A stretch of 62,860 nt of DNA, filler included, from Basidiobolus ranarum (taxonomy: Eukaryota): the NCBI GenBank assembly GCA_040143965.1. It is 53 parts of 53 records of this genome, joined end to end, with 100 filler letters (N's around TTAATTAATTAA, not from the genome) between each part and the next. Parts side by side here need not be neighbours in the genome. Positions count along the whole stretch, not along the records: positions 59,412 to 60,494 come from JASJQH010013397.1; positions 60,595 to 61,677 come from JASJQH010013398.1; positions 61,778 to 62,860 come from JASJQH010013399.1; 50 more parts are not named here. One strand, given 5' to 3'. The number at the start of each line of letters is the position of its first letter. Position 1 is the stretch's first letter. A program made the position numbers and the translations under genes. The notes under the pieces are model-generated. The model searched no databases. It was not told the origin of the DNA and worked only from the letters and a program-made list of their open reading frames with translations. This document shows positions 60,114-62,860 of the stretch, one piece after another.

Positions 60114-60494
60114 TCAGCGGAATATAGACTTGTAATATTCAATTATCTTCATCAAATTCTCTCTTTTCTTCTCAAGGATCCTGCAATTCGAACAGTCATG
60201 AGTTGCCACATTGTCATATTTTAATTCATCCTCATGCTGGCATGCCTGCTGTGATTTTATGGGTGAGGAGAGGAGCGGTGAAATCGTAGAGGACACTGCT
60301 TTTGATTTCGCGACTGTATTGACTTGCAGGTTTGAAAATTTGACTCTTGCTTGACTACAAGAACCAGTCATGCATTGGACGAGATGAAGAGAGCTTGGTT
60401 CATCTCGCTTAAAATGCCGGTGAGCATAAATCATCCATGATGTATCCTTACTCTGCTTCTTCCTTCGCCGGTCAGAAACCAGGTAGAAACCATA
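60114..60494 (-). CDS. Hypothetical protein, C-terminus
   Basis: Frame open from the contig edge (YGFYLVSDRRRKK..); CpG retained; no recognisable domain. Confidence 0.4.
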   Translation of the reverse strand, partial: YGFYLVSDRRRKKQSKDTSWMIYAHRHFKRDEPSSLHLVQCMTGSCSQARVKFSNLQVNTVAKSKAVSSTISPLLSSPIKSQQACQHEDELKYDNVATHDCSNCRILEKKRENLMKIIEYYKSIFR

Positions 60495-60594
60495 NNNNNN
60501 NNNNNNNNNNNNNNNNNNNNNNNNNNNNNNNNNNNNNNTTAATTAATTAANNNNNNNNNNNNNNNNNNNNNNNNNNNNNNNNNNNNNNNNNNNN

Positions 60595-61677
60595 GCCTTC
60601 AAAGAAAAAGACAGATTGGCATTTAGGGAAATATGTCTAAGACTGGGATCACAACAACTTATGCTAGTCAGAGATGCTGACTCTGCCAAGAATGCATGGG
60701 AAATCCTAGTGGAACATCATGAGCAAAAAGGGCTTGCTCACTTGATGATGCTACAAAGAAAATTCTTAAACTCTTGTATGTCTGAGGATTCAGATATTAT
60801 GACATATGTAAATGGTGTCAAGAAACTTGCCCAACAACTGGAATCAGTGAATTATGAAGTACCTGAAATGGATATAATTCTTACCATAATCAATGGTCTT
60901 CCTGAATCATATTCAGCCCTTGTACTCACTTTGGAAGCAATTGGGGATAAGCTTACTCAGCATTATTTCATCTCTCATCTATGTCAAGAAGAATTTAAAA
61001 AGAAAGACAAAAGTCAGCTTGCATATGCATTTTATTCTCAAAATAGCCAACCAGAAAGGAGCACTGTGAAATGTTATAAATGTGGAAAACTGGGACATAT
61101 AGCATGTTACTGCAGAACAAAGAAGAAATGGGTTTCAAAGAAAAAGGAAGCATACAACACCACTAAAAGAGGAACTGAACACTATGTACTTATGGCAGCC
61201 TCTGAATAAGGAAATGACTCTGTTGATGTATGGATTCTAGATTCTGGTGCAAGTAATCAGATGTGTCACAATAGAAACATAATGCATCACTATAAGGAAA
61301 TAGAACCTCTGGACATCACAGTAGCTGGAAGAAACAAACTGGTCGCATATGGAATGGGAAAGATCACACTTGAGTTACACATAAGTAAAACCAAAAGTGT
61401 AATAATAACCTTGGAAGATGTCTTATATATTCCATCATTTACAACAAATCTGTTTTTGATTGGAGCAATTGAAAAGAAACATTATGATGTCAAATTTAGC
61501 CAAGGAGAGTGACCATATACAAATTAAAGGACTTGATAGTAGCAACCAGAACAAGAATTGGGAATCTATATCACCTGTATATTGCACCAATAACTGAGAC
61601 TATTTCTAACTGTGAAACAATTACTTCTGGAAACTTGATGACTTGGCATCAGTGCTTGGGGCGTCTAAACTATCATA
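60595..61677 (+). mobile_element. Ty1/Copia gag, protease and pre-integrase region (distinct family)
   Basis: SAKNAWEIL, NGLPESY, CYKCGKLGHIACYC, WILDSGASNQM, EDVLYIP, WHQCLG. Confidence 0.93.
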
Positions 61678-61777
61678 NNNNNNNNNNNNNNNNNNNNNNN
61701 NNNNNNNNNNNNNNNNNNNNNTTAATTAATTAANNNNNNNNNNNNNNNNNNNNNNNNNNNNNNNNNNNNNNNNNNNN

Positions 61778-62860
61778 ATATTGAGGACAGAAGATCTATC
61801 ACTGGATATACCTTTCTCCATAGTGAAGCAGCCATATCTTGGAATAGCAAGAAACAACCCACCGTAGCACTTTCAACAACAGAAGCAGAATACATGGCAG
61901 CATCACATACAACAAAGGAAGCTATGTGGTAAAGGAAGCTGTTCAAAGACTTGGGCATTATTCAAAGTTCACTGACCATAATTTTCAAGGATAACAAAAG
62001 TTGCATTTCTTTAGCTAAAAATTCCAAATTTCATGCTAGAAGTAAGCACATTGATATTCAACATCACTTTGTTAGGGAAGCTATTGAGAATAAGCATGTC
62101 CAACTACAGTACTGTCCAACTGAGGACATGATTGCTGACATCCTTACCAAGCTATTACCCAAGCCAAAATTTGAAGAATTCAGATTTAAGTTAGGATGAA
62201 GATATATGAATATTTAGTTGAGTGGGAGTGTTGAAGTTTATTGTCTTTATCATATTTGTTATCTCTATCTTTATACACCTAACTACTTCATATATCACAT
62301 ATATGTTAGTTACCATTACTTAGTCAAATATCACATAGCTGAAAATTGGAACATATATTTTGTATATATGCAAATAATGTGAGAATTAGCAATTCCTTAT
62401 TGGAAATTTCAAACTTGTCCAAATTGCCCCAAAGATGGCTTGTTTTACTCCCCCAGACGTGCCGAACACAGCCCCATTGTTACTTTTCTGTATTTCTACC
62501 AAAAAGTATAAATGCTTTGTTTCAGGACAATAAACAATTATTGCACAGAGCTATTCACAACTGCACTTTTCTAAAGTTCCTCCAAATAGCTCATATTTTC
62601 CCAATAAGAATTATTTCATATATCACATATAAGTTGGTTAACATTACCTAGTTAAATATCACTCAACTCAAAATTGGAACATATACTATATATATATGTG
62701 AATAATGTGAGAATTAGCTATTCCATATTGGAAAATTCAAACTCATCCTAATTGCCCCAAAGATGGCTTGTTTTACTCCCCCAGACGTGCCGAACACAGC
62801 CCCATTGTTACTTTTCTGTATTTCTACCAAAAAGTATAAATGCTTTGTTTCAGGACAATA
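61778..62860 (+). mobile_element. Copia-B RNase H (to 62199), PPT, 3' LTR-B (62229-62606) and a second partial LTR-B
   Basis: [39 protein letters not shown] termini TGTTG..CAATA. Confidence 0.93.

Noticed and set aside
61207-61209. In-frame TAA between Copia gag and protease as possible programmed read-through
   Set aside because: The element has other lesions, and a CAA-to-TAA mutation is the simpler explanation.
62759-62860. About 100 bp identical to 62431-62531 within an otherwise diverged second LTR-B
   Set aside because: Perfect identity at a contig end suggests an assembly loop rather than gene conversion.

Overview
This is not one locus. It is 53 unrelated short contigs (about 1,093 down to 1,083 bp, sorted by length) joined by 52 artificial 100-bp linkers (44 N + TTAATTAATTAA + 44 N), so nothing can be inferred across a linker. 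The DNA is from a eukaryote, most likely an early-diverging fungus, possibly Basidiobolus-like (inference from GTAAGT..CTAAY..AG introns, a chitin deacetylase, a fungal-type P450 and RPS5, and a bacterial-type NRPS). Most contigs are decayed, nested, strongly CpG-depleted transposons: at least four Ty1/Copia LTR families, a chromodomain Ty3/Gypsy element, a further LTR family, a two-gene EnSpm/CACTA element and PIF/Harbinger-like MITEs with A-N-T target duplications. Host-like contigs carry two tRNA-Ala genes, fragments of RPS5, a P450, a CE4 deacetylase and several secreted proteins, and a TauD pseudogene. Four observations stand out. (1) An intron-less, CpG-intact contig at 5965-7056 encodes a strongly reduced, C-terminally split RPB1-like RNA polymerase subunit followed by an RPB5-like gene, suggesting an undescribed large DNA virus or cytoplasmic virus-like element. 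(2) An intron-containing gene at 48760-49084, missed by the ORF track, closely resembles the C-terminal domain of Dictyostelium DdCAD-1/CadA. (3) Tandem secreted (SSSW)n repeat proteins, also missed by the ORF track. (4) A proteobacterial-type dual E/C-A NRPS fragment. All homology calls are by eye from remembered sequences and need database confirmation.
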